Origin: an uncultured bacterium
GTDB lineage: Bacteria; Fidelibacterota; UBA2242
Length of the DNA: 64,000 nt
Reading direction: 5' to 3'
Assembly (NCBI GenBank): GCA_964441235.1
Contig: CAYTUQ010000010.1
Coordinates: forward strand, 11,549 to 75,548
This document shows positions 39,632-50,506 of this stretch, in pieces. The position numbers and the translations under genes are program-made. The notes under the pieces are model-generated. The model was not told where the DNA came from. It ran no database searches and was given only the letters and a program-made list of their open reading frames with translations. The stretch's first letter is position 1; the number at the start of each line of letters is the position of its first letter.

Positions 39632-40045
39632 TTACTCATTGTATGTAGGGTTAATCTTACTAACGACAAATTCTCTTACTTTCCTATCTATTTCAAAGGC
39701 TTCTTTAGCATCTTCTATTCCTGGTTCTATCAAAACATCCGGATAACGGATCTCCACAGCGTAATCAGTGAGGTTATCCGCATATTCCAACTCGTCCTTA
39801 AAAGAAGAATCTATTGTAGCACATAATTCCAACAAATCCATTATACTGTGAGTCTTTGGAAAATAAATCTGATGGTATACTAAGAAGGCTTTTAGATACT
39901 TCTCTGTACCCTGCTGGCAGTGAAAACATACGGTATCTGTAATTGGGTCTTCAAAGGATAATTCCCTTTCTGCAGTTAAAAGGTCCCTTTCTGCCTTATT
40001 TATCCATTTATTGACTAGATCCTTGATGATTTTATCTCGATTCAT
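39632..40045 (-). CDS. HEPN-domain protein (toxin of a HEPN/MNT pair)
   Basis: HEPN-like helical protein downstream of, and overlapping, the MNT gene. An internal Met (MNRDK) with a gggaaag RBS is the likely start. Confidence 0.65.
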   Translation of the reverse strand: MNRDKIIKDLVNKWINKAERDLLTAERELSFEDPITDTVCFHCQQGTEKYLKAFLVYHQIYFPKTHSIMDLLELCATIDSSFKDELEYADNLTDYAVEIRYPDVLIEPGIEDAKEAFEIDRKVREFVVSKINPTYNE

Positions 40046-40349
40046 AAACGACTTTCCCAAATTTATTTGCAGGATACATAATAGTACCAATAATATCTTT
40101 ATATGTCTCAAATTCTTTGGATGGTTTTACAATAACATCAATCGGAACCTTAAAACCAGAGAGAATTTTCCTCACCTTTCGATTCTGTAAATGAGATGGT
40201 AAATCACTATCCTTAATAATCAATAAATCTATATCGCTCTCTTCCGTAGGTATTCCATTAGCGTATGAACCAAAAAGAATCACCTTTTTAGGTTTGAAGT
40301 TCTTTACAATCTTATGAACAATTTTTCTTATCTGATCTTGAGTTAGCAT
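40032..40349 (-). CDS. Minimal nucleotidyltransferase (MNT antitoxin)
   Basis: VILFGSYANG...ESDIDLLI is the pol-beta NTase motif. Confidence 0.75.
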   Translation of the reverse strand: MLTQDQIRKIVHKIVKNFKPKKVILFGSYANGIPTEESDIDLLIIKDSDLPSHLQNRKVRKILSGFKVPIDVIVKPSKEFETYKDIIGTIMYPANKFGKVVYESR

Positions 40350-40490
40350 TGAGGTACCTCTTTATAATCTTATTTATGCGACCAATAGCACAGAAATAAC
40401 AATGATTCTGGAAGTTATTATTGCTCATTTTGGATTTAATTTTTCTCGTTTAATTTTTAATTTCCAATTTCAATGTTCTGTGAACGCTTA

Positions 40491-41279
40491 CTAAATCTTT
40501 AATAATCTACTATAATATTCAGCTGCATCTCTAACATTATCTGGGAATTTGCCTATGCCCGGAAAGATCACACTTCTTGATACATTAATCAGACCAAGTC
40601 CGCAAGTTCGACAAACTTCGACTGCCGATTCTATAACGCCGCCCTGTTTACCAACACCGGGAATTAAAAATGGTAAATCCGGATACTGTTTTCTGACATT
40701 AATGAGTTGTTTTGGTTTAGTAGCTCCAATTACTAAGCCCAGATTCTTCTTCTTATTCAGGTTTTCGACAATATCCGCAGTTTTAAGATAAAGTGGTTTG
40801 TCACCGCCATATTCTTGCAATTCACGCCCGGATGGATTAGATGTCACACAGAGTACAAATGCACCTTTTGATTCATTTTCGATGAATGGTTGGATACTGT
40901 CTGAACCAAGATAGGGGCTTAAGGTAACTGCATCAAATTTGAGGGTTTCAAATAGTGCTTTGGCATAAAACCTTGAGCTATTTCCAATATCGCCCCGTTT
41001 AGCATCACCAATAATAAGTACATCATTTGGCATTTCAGAGATAATCTTTTCAAGGATTTGCCAGCCTTTCCATCCCCATAATTCAAAAAATGCTAAATTA
41101 AATTTATAGGCTGGCGTAATGTCTTTTGTAACATCTATAACTTCCTGTACAAAGTGGTAAATCCCGTCAGGATTTTTTTTAAATTGTGTTGGGAGTTTTT
41201 CCTGATCAGGGTCAATTCCTACACATAGAAATGTGCTCTTTTCCTTTAAACAATTTCTAAAATATTCATAGTACTTCAT
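40491..41279 (-). CDS. pyrF: Orotidine 5'-phosphate decarboxylase (type 2)
   Basis: IIGDAKRGDIGNS active-site region. It lies near pyrE. Confidence 0.8.
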   Translation of the reverse strand: MKYYEYFRNCLKEKSTFLCVGIDPDQEKLPTQFKKNPDGIYHFVQEVIDVTKDITPAYKFNLAFFELWGWKGWQILEKIISEMPNDVLIIGDAKRGDIGNSSRFYAKALFETLKFDAVTLSPYLGSDSIQPFIENESKGAFVLCVTSNPSGRELQEYGGDKPLYLKTADIVENLNKKKNLGLVIGATKPKQLINVRKQYPDLPFLIPGVGKQGGVIESAVEVCRTCGLGLINVSRSVIFPGIGKFPDNVRDAAEYYSRLLKI

Positions 41280-41420
41280 TCCAGAGAAAAAATACGTTTT
41301 TCTGGGATATTAAACAACTGAGTTGGAGACTATATTGCTAATATCTTGTGTCAAGTCCTTTGATTTATCTTTTTTATTGGGTATAATTTAATATGGACTT
41401 AATACAAGGTTTGGGGTAGG

Positions 41421-41882
41421 ATGAAATTTATTGCAGATAATATGCTGGGTAAACTTGCAAAATATCTCAGGATGATGGGATACGATACGGTTTATCCTCC
41501 TCCAAGTGATGCAAACGGTTTAATTGTTTTATCTAAAAGTGAAGATAGAGTGATACTGACACGAAATTCAATATTTATTCGAGACTTCAAGCCTGAAAAT
41601 TATTTATTCATAGAGTCTCAACATTTTTCTGAGCAGATGATTCAGGTGATAAAAAAATTCAATCTTGAAATCAACACTGACAATTTTTTCACGCTCTGTA
41701 TGATTTGCAATGAGCATTTATTTCAAGTATCTAAAGAAGAAGTAAAAGAAAAAGTTCCAGAAAGTGTTTATATCAACTTTAAAGAATTCAGACAGTGTCC
41801 ATCCTGCTCAAGAATATACTGGCATGGTGGACATACTCAAAGGATGGAAAATAAGTTGATGGGAATAATGTCGAGTTTGTGA
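41421..41882 (+). CDS. Mut7-C RNase domain (DUF82) protein with a C-terminal zinc ribbon
   Basis: MKFIADNMLGKLAKYLRMMGYDT start and CMICNEHL...CPSCSRIYWHGGH. Confidence 0.65.
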   Translation: MKFIADNMLGKLAKYLRMMGYDTVYPPPSDANGLIVLSKSEDRVILTRNSIFIRDFKPENYLFIESQHFSEQMIQVIKKFNLEINTDNFFTLCMICNEHLFQVSKEEVKEKVPESVYINFKEFRQCPSCSRIYWHGGHTQRMENKLMGIMSSL

Positions 41883-42221
41883 TTAAAATTCACTGTCTGA
41901 AGTTCAGGGTTTTTGTGTAAAGAGAATAAATAAGAGCCTCAGAATCATCCTATAGCTCCTCAATTAGGGATTGTTTAACTTTTAAGAGAAAGTAAAATTA
42001 TTGGTGAAAGCCGACTGGTTTAAGAGGAAAAACTCCCGGTATTCTAAACCACAAGATGTTTATCGAAAAATCGCTGAGAAGTGGTATAATAACGGTTTAA
42101 CTGATTACCGTGTCAATGCGCAATCATCAACATGAGGAGAAAAACCAACCAAAAAGTTTCTTGTATAGTAGAGATAATGTAAATATATTTCGATTGTTTC
42201 GACTATAATCGAAGGTATTAG

Positions 42222-43623
42222 ATGATTATCAGAAATTCTTATTTAAAAAAAATCGAGCCTTTTATTGACAAGCCGCTGACAAAAGTCATTACAGGTATGC
42301 GGCGAACTGGGAAAAGTACATTTTTACAAATGCTCATACAGCAGATTCGTGAAAAAGGTGCTGTTGATAGTCAGATTCTCTGGATCAACAAGGAATTGGT
42401 AGAATTTGACTCTATTCGTAATTACCTTGATCTTTACCAGTATGTCAGGGATTATTTTAAGACAAAATCAAAAAATAACTATCTGTTTATTGACGAGGTA
42501 CAGGATATCGAAGACTGGGAAAAAGCAGTAGCTTCATTTTTAGCCAATCAAATGGCTGATATTTACATCACTGGTTCTAATGCACGTATATATTCTTCGG
42601 AGCTATCAACTCTGCTAGCGGCACGGGAGTTGAGCCGCATCCTGTACGCAGCAAGGAGAGAAAGGATTTCTCTCAGATGCGAGTACAGGACGTAGCCGCC
42701 GTAGGCGGGGTCGGCTCGAACGACATTGATAGGCCGCCGCAGGCGGACTTTCATGGAGTGAGCCAACAACTCCCGTGCCGATAAGCCGACCGCCTGCGGT
42801 CGGCTTATCGGGACGTTATATAGAAATTCCGATGTTTACTTTAAGTTTCAGCGAATTCCTCCAATTCAGAGAAAAGTCTTATACCGCTCTCAATACTGAT
42901 GATGAATTTAGCCTATTTCTGAAGTATGGTGGTTTTCCGGGAATCCACGCACTGGAGTTTGAAGATAAAACGGTTTTTCAATACCTTGACTCCCTCTACA
43001 ATACAATCTTAATTAAGGATGTTATCAGACGGCATAAGATTCGAGATGTTGGAGTCCTGGAGAACGTTGCTCGTTTCATCTTCGATAATTGCGGGAATGT
43101 TACGACGGCTAAGCGGATACCAGACTACCTTAAGAATAAGAAAATGAGAATTTCAACTGATACTGTACTTAATTATTTGTCTTATCTACGAAGTGCGTTT
43201 CTAATCCATAAAACCGGGCATTATGACCTGAAGGGATTAAGACACCTTGAATTTAACGATAAATATTACCTTGGTGATATCGGTCTGCGACATAGCATTT
43301 TAGGTTATAAAAACCGCGATATTTCCGGTCTTCTGGAGAATATTGTCTTCTTAGAACTACTGCGACGTGGCTATCGAATTTTTATCGGAAGACTTAATGG
43401 CAGAGAGATAGATTTCGTTGCTGAAAAGAGTGACGAACGAATTTATATACAGGTATGTTACCTGCTTGCAGACAGCAGTACGATCGAACGCGAATTCGTC
43501 CCACTCGAAAAGATAGAAGATAATTACCCCAAGATGGTGCTGTCCATGGATAAGATTTATATTCCTGATAGAAAGGGAATTATCAGGCAAAATCTGATCA
43601 AGTTTCTATTAAGTGAAAAATGA
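42222..43623 (+). pseudogene. AAA+ ATPase (AAA_14/DUF4143 family) interrupted by the 190-bp hairpin element
   Basis: Walker A GMRRTGKST and IYITGSNARIYSSELSTLLA| then the insertion, then |GRYIEIPMFTLSFSEF..., the canonical continuation. The insert is 190 bp, so the frame shifts by 1. Confidence 0.7.
42620..42809 (-). mobile_element. 190-bp GC-rich hairpin-ended miniature element, copy 2 (inverted)
   Basis: Reverse complement is identical to 27825-28014. Both copies share the flank motif g[ct]tagca next to the cccgtgcc end. Confidence 0.65.
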
Positions 43624-43640
43624 TTCAGAATTTTTATTAA

Positions 43641-43739
43641 GGGGGTGGAACAAATTAACCTATATATATTATTTATGTAACTAACCTACGATCAATAAAA
43701 CAACAGACCAAAATGTAAAACATATTTTATTCCACCCCC
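43641..43739. mobile_element. 100-bp MITE, copy B (TIR GGGGGTGGAACA/TATTCCACCCCC), flanked by TAA/TAA
   Basis: Same TIRs as copy A, an AT-rich core, and TAA on both flanks (a possible target-site duplication). Confidence 0.6.
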
Positions 43740-43956
43740 TAAAGTGAGAGATGCTTTTAGAAAAAAACGTATTGGGTATCTATTTTGCGTTGATTTTCTG
43801 ATTTTTATTAATTACAATGAATATAGAAATGACTCAGATGAATATATAACTGTAGCAATACATTTAGATTTCCGTAAAATTGAATCCAAAAACTACTTTC
43901 TTTTCTTTATACTGTTTTGTATTTTAAAACAGCATATTTTAAAACAGGAGGGGAAA

Positions 43957-44184
43957 ATGGTAAAAACAAGTAAACTAATTTCTGAAATAGAATCACTTCC
44001 GATTGATCAAAAAACTCAGATTGTTGATAAAATTCTCAATAGTCTAAATCCGGGTCGTAAAGAAATTGATGAATTATGGTCAAGAGAAGCGGAAAGAAGA
44101 GTTGAAGAAATTAAGTTAGGAAAGGTAAAGACAATTCCAGGAGAACAGGTTCTTAAGGAAGTTCAACAACGATTTTTAAAATGA
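43957..44184 (+). CDS. Addiction-module antitoxin (ParD/RelB-like, putative addiction module component)
   Basis: SLPIDQKTQIVDKIL...IDELWSREAERRVEEI. RBS aggagggg. Overlaps the toxin start. Confidence 0.6.
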   Translation: MVKTSKLISEIESLPIDQKTQIVDKILNSLNPGRKEIDELWSREAERRVEEIKLGKVKTIPGEQVLKEVQQRFLK

Positions 44185-44474
44185 AATTCTCCTTTCACCC
44201 CTCTGCAAAGAATGAAATGCTTAAAGCAATTGACTATTATGAGGAATTTCAGAAAGGTCTTGGACTTAAATTTGCCAGAGAAGTTTATGCAGCTATTCAG
44301 AATATTCTAAAATTTCCAAAAGCGTGGTCGAAACTATCAAAGAATACAAGAAGATGTCTGACTAATCGTTTTCCATTTGGAATAATTTACCAAATTATTA
44401 AGAATGAAATTTTAATAATTGCGGTAATGCAGATTAATAGAGAGCCTGATTACTGGAGAAACAGAATAGAATAA
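44181..44474 (+). CDS. RelE/ParE-family toxin
   Basis: Size and FPFGIIYQIIKNEILIIAVMQINREP are typical of the ParE/RelE fold. Confidence 0.7.
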   Translation: MKFSFHPSAKNEMLKAIDYYEEFQKGLGLKFAREVYAAIQNILKFPKAWSKLSKNTRRCLTNRFPFGIIYQIIKNEILIIAVMQINREPDYWRNRIE

Positions 44475-44837
44475 AATATATAGTAAAGTTTAACCATGTA
44501 CTCAATTTTATCACAATCGAAACTTTGTAAAAAGTGATGTATTCAACTTTTTTTCGTAACAGTCTCTAATATGTATAAATACCGAAATTTATGAATTTCA
44601 TCAATCTTATAGTTTTGCAATGGCATAGTTATATTAATCCAAAGGCAAGTGTAAATAAAGTGAGAAGTATAAAAATTTTATCAGTAATGATTGTTTTCTC
44701 TATTTCTATTTTAATGGGTTTACCTGCTGAGGCGGGCGAATGGACCTTAACTGGTTCGCTTTCAAAGAAAAATATTTTAGTAAAGTAAATCCACAACTAT
44801 ATCGATGTATATCGCAGTCAGTTGCCCTGCAATCAAT

Positions 44838-45061
44838 TTATTCAAACCACCTTTCTATTGGTATCGCAAGAAATTCTTCTACAGGAATTCCCTGAATACC
44901 AATTAATAAATTTTTTCTGACTGGCAATGCGTTTGAGAACACCTTAATCCCGGGCAAAACTCCCTTTCTTCTACCGCTTTTCACCTCGATGGCAACTAAT
45001 TTATTTCCGAATCTAAGTATAAAGTCAACCTCTTTTCCCCGTTCTCTCCAATAGAAAAGGT
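44838..45061 (-). pseudogene. C-terminal fragment of a second AAA_14/DUF4143 ATPase
   Basis: The minus-strand translation ...EVDFILRFGNKLVAIEVKSGRRKGVLPGIKVF...GIPVEEFL is the DUF4143 C-terminal block. There is no start codon and no N-terminal part. Confidence 0.5.
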
Positions 45062-45235
45062 CAGTATTTTTTCCACATTGTTACATTTTGCTCAATATCC
45101 TGAGTAAAATTACTCATAATATCAGCGTGATCTCAGGTAATGTCAGAATAATTAATTGATAACTAGAGATTAAAATGATAATTTACATCCTGATTAATAA
45201 GCTCTCTTTATGTATTTTTAGCAGGATTTAAATAA

Positions 45236-45958
45236 ATGAAAGATTTTGACCTTATAATTTTTGATCTTGATGGTACTCTGTATCAGAGATGTTCGGAGAT
45301 TGATGCTGTATTTCCTATGGTATCAATTAACCTTGCTGCAAAGAGCGCCGGGAAAAGTGAAGAGGAAATGCAAGTTGAATTCATGCGGAAAAAAGATGAA
45401 TTAGCCCATCTCATTAATGGTAAACCAACAAGCACACTAACACTGTTCTATTATTATGATGTGGAATTCAAGGAATTCGAAGAGGAAGTTAATAAATTAC
45501 TGAACGTGGAATCCATTCTGAAACCAGATCCTACAGCGATTAAAGCAATTGAAAAGGTAAATCGGCAATATTCATTATTTCTTTACACTACGAATAACGA
45601 GGTATTAAGCAATAGAATTTTGAAAACGCTAAGACTTGACCAAATATTTCCAATCAGCAGGCGTTTTTCATTAGGCTCTGTGGAAAAATTAGACATGCCC
45701 AAAAAGGAAAAACTGGAATATATCAAGCCTGGCCTTAGGGGCTTTGAATTTATTTTAAATCATTTTGGTATTATGCCTGAAAAGGCTCTGATGGTTGGCG
45801 ATTCTGAGGTTTCGGATATAATTCCAGCAACAAAATTAGGAATAAAAACGTATCATGCGGTAGATCGAGAAAAACTCTATGCACTTCCTGAATGGCTTGG
45901 GATGAACCTTTTGGAGGTTTTTCCAATGGAACTTCTACGGAGCAAACCCCCGCAATGA
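45236..45958 (+). CDS. HAD-superfamily hydrolase
   Basis: Motif I IIFDLDGTL. Motif IV GDSEVSD. Confidence 0.7.
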   Translation: MKDFDLIIFDLDGTLYQRCSEIDAVFPMVSINLAAKSAGKSEEEMQVEFMRKKDELAHLINGKPTSTLTLFYYYDVEFKEFEEEVNKLLNVESILKPDPTAIKAIEKVNRQYSLFLYTTNNEVLSNRILKTLRLDQIFPISRRFSLGSVEKLDMPKKEKLEYIKPGLRGFEFILNHFGIMPEKALMVGDSEVSDIIPATKLGIKTYHAVDREKLYALPEWLGMNLLEVFPMELLRSKPPQ

Positions 45959-46015
45959 TAATTAAAAAAATCTTTTCTCAATAATCATAAAAAGTTTCTA
46001 TATTATAAACTGGAA

Positions 46016-46594
46016 ATGGATAAAAGCACACAAAATCTATTTGAAGTAAGTTTATCAGAGACACAAAGCAGAGTACTGGCTTCCACACCTACGGGAATTT
46101 CTATTGAACTTGTAGAGCGTTTGGGAGAAGCTGAATACGGTAAAATTGTTAAAATTTCTGAAACTCTTGCTGACCGCTTTGGTGAAAAAATGAAGTTCAA
46201 CCGCAATTCAATAAGAAAATATTTTAACTATCCTAAAACACAACCTTTTATTATCAGGTTCAAGGATGATATCGAGGGTTTTATTATTGGGGTTCCATTA
46301 GAGCATTTTGCGAAAGAGAGTTGGGTGCATTGTGATGAGAATTTGGGGAAAGGCAATACGATGTACACATACGCTTATGTTGTTAAAAAAGATTTCCGTT
46401 ACATAGGCCTTGCAAAAATGCTAAAGAGAGTTTATCAGAATGCTTTGCGAAGAAAAGGGTATACATATATTACAGGGCATGTTATGGAAGGAGTTTCTTT
46501 ACATTTTACAAAAAAAAGTCATGTTGTTTGTAAATTTAATGACTGGAATAATACCGGATATACATTTGAATACTATCGCTGCCCCCTGAAGTAA
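46016..46594 (+). CDS. Hypothetical protein, possibly GNAT-like acetyltransferase
   Basis: IGLAKMLKRVYQNALRRKGYTYITGHV resembles acetyl-CoA-binding motif A. The call is weak. Confidence 0.35.
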   Translation: MDKSTQNLFEVSLSETQSRVLASTPTGISIELVERLGEAEYGKIVKISETLADRFGEKMKFNRNSIRKYFNYPKTQPFIIRFKDDIEGFIIGVPLEHFAKESWVHCDENLGKGNTMYTYAYVVKKDFRYIGLAKMLKRVYQNALRRKGYTYITGHVMEGVSLHFTKKSHVVCKFNDWNNTGYTFEYYRCPLK

Positions 46595-46737
46595 ATTTCG
46601 AGTTACTTGCAACTAATATTGAAAATGATAAATTCTTTTTTTTTAACCTAATCTACTTTATGAACCTATTAAATATATATAGTATAGAATTTGAAGTTGG
46701 CTAAAAATATATATTCTCTTAAATTCAAGTTTGTGAT

Positions 46738-47217
46738 TTGAATTTAAGGATTACAAATATGGAACTATCGGAAATATTAACTCCAGAGCTTATTATTTTT
46801 CCTTTAGAAGCTAATTCTAAAGAGGAAGTGATTTCGGTTTTAGTAGATAGATTATACAAATTGAAGAAAATCGCAAATTCTGATGCTGCTAGAGAAGTGG
46901 TTCTTGAACGCGAGAGGCTGATGAGTACAGGTGTGGGGAAAGGAGTGGCACTTCCTCATGGGAAATATGGCGATATAGATGATGTTGTCATTTCGGTGGG
47001 CATATCAATCAAGGGGATTGATTTTGATGCCGTAGATGGTCAGCCCGTTCATATCTTCGTGTTGCTGCTTACTCCTGAGCGGTTCACCAATAAACATTTA
47101 AAATTACTTAGCAAATTTTCTCGTATGTTGAATAAAGCAAAATGTCGTGAGGAGATTTTAGAAGCCACTTCTGCTGAGGAAATTGCTGGAATAATTTATC
47201 AGAAGACACGTCTGTGA
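46738..47217 (+). CDS. PTS EIIA (fructose/nitrogen-regulatory PtsN-like) protein
   Basis: GVGKGVALPHGK active-site His region. About 155 aa. Confidence 0.75.
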   Translation: MNLRITNMELSEILTPELIIFPLEANSKEEVISVLVDRLYKLKKIANSDAAREVVLERERLMSTGVGKGVALPHGKYGDIDDVVISVGISIKGIDFDAVDGQPVHIFVLLLTPERFTNKHLKLLSKFSRMLNKAKCREEILEATSAEEIAGIIYQKTRL

Positions 47218-47246
47218 AAGTATGATAATCAAGTTTAGGAGGTGAA

Positions 47247-47582
47247 ATGCCTTTTTGCCCCAGATGCAAGTACGAGTTTGCTGAAGGTTTAGATATATGC
47301 CCGGACTGTAATGCAAAATTAGTTGACAAGATTCCGGAAGAACATGAAGTAAGTATCAAATGGGTACTGCTTTCGACATTATCTTCACCGATAATGGCTG
47401 AGATGGTCAAGGAAACACTTGAAAATCATGGCATTCGTTCTTTCATAAAGACGGATGTTCTAAATGCCGCCTTCTTAGCGAAAGGGACCTCTACTGCAGG
47501 CTCGTTTGCAAAAATATTTGTTCCTGAAGAAGACAAAAAATCTGCTGAAGAGATTTTAAAGAGTATAAGCGACAACAAATAA
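47247..47582 (+). CDS. Zinc-ribbon + DUF2007-like small protein
   Basis: CPRCKYEF...CPDCNAK. Confidence 0.45.
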   Translation: MPFCPRCKYEFAEGLDICPDCNAKLVDKIPEEHEVSIKWVLLSTLSSPIMAEMVKETLENHGIRSFIKTDVLNAAFLAKGTSTAGSFAKIFVPEEDKKSAEEILKSISDNK

Positions 47583-47609
47583 GCGTTGTTAATTATGCCA
47601 ATATTTATA

Positions 47610-47900
47610 TGAAAGTGCCTAAAGTGTCTAAAGTGAACTTGCCAAAAGGCATTCGGCTACTGACGGAAAAGTGTCTAAAGTGCCTAAAGTTGTCTCGCTC
47701 CGAAGGAGTCCCTCTGGGAAAGAGATGTCTTTGACAAATGCGACCAATGATCAATAAACAATTATCTCTACGAGCCGTATGCAATCAACAATATACAATT
47801 ATATGTATTTTAAAAATATCAACTTTTGTCGATCACGAAGGTCAGACGACTTATAGAGATTTGTATGGAAAAACATCTCTTTGAAACATGCTTCGTTGTG
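47610..47900. repeat. Composite intergenic repeats
   Basis: (gtgyctaaagt)x4, a REP-like gaaagagatgtctttgaca, aataaacaat/caatcaacaata units, and tgtcgatcacgaag. All are shared with 4400-4520 and 21236-21300. Confidence 0.5.
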
Positions 47901-47948
47901 TCCGAAAAGCCATGGGAGTTATTTTGAAAAAGAAGTTAGAGGCTTAAT

Positions 47949-49211
47949 GTGTATCAAAGAATAAAGGGAACTAAGGATATACTTCCATCTGAATCATATC
48001 AATGGCAGTACCTTGAAAAATTTATCTCCGATTCATTAGAAAGAAATAATTATCAGGAAATCCGTACACCTGTTTTTGAAGTCACTGAATTATTTACCAG
48101 AAGTATAGGAAGCGATACAGATGTCGTTTCAAAAGAGATGTACACATTTCTTGATAAAGGTAAGACAAGCTTGACCTTGAAACCCGAACTTACAGCACCA
48201 GTCGTCAGAGCGTATATACAGAATCATCTTGGACAAATTTCTCAAATAACTAAATTGTATTATATTGATTCTTCATTTCGCCAGGAGCGTCCTCAGAAGG
48301 GTAGACTCCGCCAGTTTCACCAGTTTGGATTTGAAATTATTGGCACTGAGTATCCTGAGGCAGATGCTGAAGTTATCCAGACGGTCTATGAGATTTTTTC
48401 ACAGCTGGGTATTGAAGAATTAAATGTGAGATTGAATAGTATCGGCAGTCGTGACAGCAGGAAGAACTATCTAAACGTTCTACGCTCATCACTGAAACCG
48501 TATTACAAAGACTTTTGTCCAACCTGTCAGGTGCGCTTTCAGAAAAATATTCTCAGGCTCTTTGATTGCAAATCTGAATCATGCCAGAATATTTTAGATG
48601 AGTTTGCACCGTCTATTTTAGAATATTTAAGTAAGGAAGATCAGTATCATTTTAAAGAAGTAAAGAATCTGCTTGATTTGACAGCGGTTCCATATAGTGT
48701 TGATAAGAAATTGGTTCGCGGTTTAGATTACTACACCAGAACGACTTTTGAGATCACTAATCCGCTTTTAGGGTCTCAAGATGCGATTTGCGGTGGTGGT
48801 CGCTATGATTATCTCATTGAGGACCTTGGAGGTAAACCTACACCAGCTGTGGGAGTAGCGTCGGGAATGGAACGTCTCCTGATGATTCTAAGAGAAGCAG
48901 ATGCAATTCCAAAAAAGAAAACCAATTTGCTTTATTTTGCAGCTCTTGGTGATAAGGCAAGAAAAGTTGGATTTAAATTTATTGCCAGACTCCGCAAATT
49001 AGGTGTAACGGCAGAAATGGATTTTTTACGGAGATCTCTAAAGGCTCAAATGAGGGAAGCTGGTAAGAAATCTGCTAATTGGGTTCTGATATTAGGGGAA
49101 AATGAGATCCAACAGGGCATTATTATTTTGAAGAATATGTCAGATGGAAGTCAATGTAAAATATCTTTGGAAAATGCTGCTGAAGAAGTGGCGAAATATA
49201 TTAAGCAATAA
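47949..49211 (+). CDS. hisS: Histidine–tRNA ligase
   Basis: Class II aaRS motifs, the HisRS-specific RIKGTKD, and C-terminal anticodon-binding domain. The start is GTG. Confidence 0.9.
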   Translation: MYQRIKGTKDILPSESYQWQYLEKFISDSLERNNYQEIRTPVFEVTELFTRSIGSDTDVVSKEMYTFLDKGKTSLTLKPELTAPVVRAYIQNHLGQISQITKLYYIDSSFRQERPQKGRLRQFHQFGFEIIGTEYPEADAEVIQTVYEIFSQLGIEELNVRLNSIGSRDSRKNYLNVLRSSLKPYYKDFCPTCQVRFQKNILRLFDCKSESCQNILDEFAPSILEYLSKEDQYHFKEVKNLLDLTAVPYSVDKKLVRGLDYYTRTTFEITNPLLGSQDAICGGGRYDYLIEDLGGKPTPAVGVASGMERLLMILREADAIPKKKTNLLYFAALGDKARKVGFKFIARLRKLGVTAEMDFLRRSLKAQMREAGKKSANWVLILGENEIQQGIIILKNMSDGSQCKISLENAAEEVAKYIKQ

Positions 49212-49357
49212 AATCAAATCTTTATTACGTTTTATATAGCGAACAATATTATATATAGTTTAAATCTGATGACGATTTTGCATTTTGCGATATTGCTAAC
49301 CATTATATTAAATGCTTTAGATTGATTGTTGGAAGTAAAAACTGTGTTTGTATATTA

Positions 49358-50314
49358 ATGAATCAAATGTTTTATCCTTTTCCCATAGAAGAAAGATATT
49401 ACCACTACAGCCGCTATCTTCGTGAGCGATTTAATTCACGAGTGTATAAAATATCTCTTGACGCGGGTTTTACTTGCCCAACCCGCAACGGCACTATTAG
49501 TTACGGTGGATGTCTGTACTGTAATAATAATAGTTTTGCACTGAAACGTAAAGAATCTATTCCACCTATTTCTCAACAAATAGCTGAAGGTATCGAGAGG
49601 CTAAAAAAATACCGGAAGGCAAAAAAGTTTCTGGCTTATTTTCAGGCATTTACAAATACTTACGCTCCCGTAGAGGAATTGGAAAAACTATACAATCTGG
49701 CTCTATCTTTTCCTGATATTGTGGGTTTGTGTATTGGAACCAGACCTGACTGTGTTGATGATAAGATATTCAAATTACTGCAAGATTTAAATAGAGAATC
49801 TTATGTATCGATAGAATTCGGGATAGAATCAGTTTACGATAAAACGCTGAACTGGATTAAGAGAGGACACGATTTTTCTAAAACAAAGTGGGCAGTTAAT
49901 AAAGCCAGGGAGTATGGATTACATACAGCCGGACACCTGATTTTTGGATTTCCGACAGAGTCATCGGAGGAAATACTTGAATCTGCGGAAACCATAAATA
50001 ACCTTGGAATAGATGCGATAAAAATCCATCATCTTCACATTGTAAAGAACACTCAATTGGCAAAACTATATAAAGAAAAACCGTTTCATGTTTTTAGTGA
50101 ATTAGAATGGATTACACTGGTTTGTGACTTCCTGGAGCGATTATGTCCCAGTATTAGTATTCAACGTCTTTGTGGTGAAGCAAAGCAGGGAACACTCATA
50201 GCACCTTTATGGAAGTTGAGTAAAAGTGAGGTTATTCAGGGAATACAAAGAGAATTGGAGAGGCGCGGGAGTTATCAGGGCTTTAATCTCAAAGGATTGA
50301 CCATTGACAATTGA
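49358..50314 (+). CDS. Radical SAM protein (TIGR01212-like)
   Basis: ISLDAGFTCPTRNGTISYGGCLYCNN Cys cluster. The start is uncertain: TTG at 49322 versus ATG at 49358. Confidence 0.7.
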   Translation: MNQMFYPFPIEERYYHYSRYLRERFNSRVYKISLDAGFTCPTRNGTISYGGCLYCNNNSFALKRKESIPPISQQIAEGIERLKKYRKAKKFLAYFQAFTNTYAPVEELEKLYNLALSFPDIVGLCIGTRPDCVDDKIFKLLQDLNRESYVSIEFGIESVYDKTLNWIKRGHDFSKTKWAVNKAREYGLHTAGHLIFGFPTESSEEILESAETINNLGIDAIKIHHLHIVKNTQLAKLYKEKPFHVFSELEWITLVCDFLERLCPSISIQRLCGEAKQGTLIAPLWKLSKSEVIQGIQRELERRGSYQGFNLKGLTIDN

Positions 50315-50340
50315 CCATTGACAATTGAAAATTGATAATT
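50288..50340 (+). repeat. Seven tandem heptamers ATTGAYM (attgacc attgaca attgacc attgaca attgaaa attgata attgag)
   Basis: They overlap the last codons of the radical SAM gene and extend past its stop. The units contain TTGACA. Confidence 0.6.
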
Positions 50341-50506
50341 GAGTAGGTGTAAAAATTAAATAAAATGGGTGTATTGGCTATGGTAAAGGTAGAAAAATAT
50401 ACTGTTCACGCCTTAGAAACCGGAAGATTCGTGCTTGACGATGCGTTTATTGCTACGAAAATAGATATTTCGATTGCAATTTTATTAAAATTTGTTTAGG
50501 AAAATT

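Noticed and set aside
40046-40111. Upstream start of the HEPN gene at 40111 (overlapping the MNT gene by 80 nt)
   Set aside because: An internal Met with a gggaaag RBS at 40045 gives a typical 14-nt overlap and removes a hydrophobic leader.
50288-50340. Heptamer tandem array as a CRISPR array
   Set aside because: The units are 7 nt with no spacers, and there is no cas gene context.
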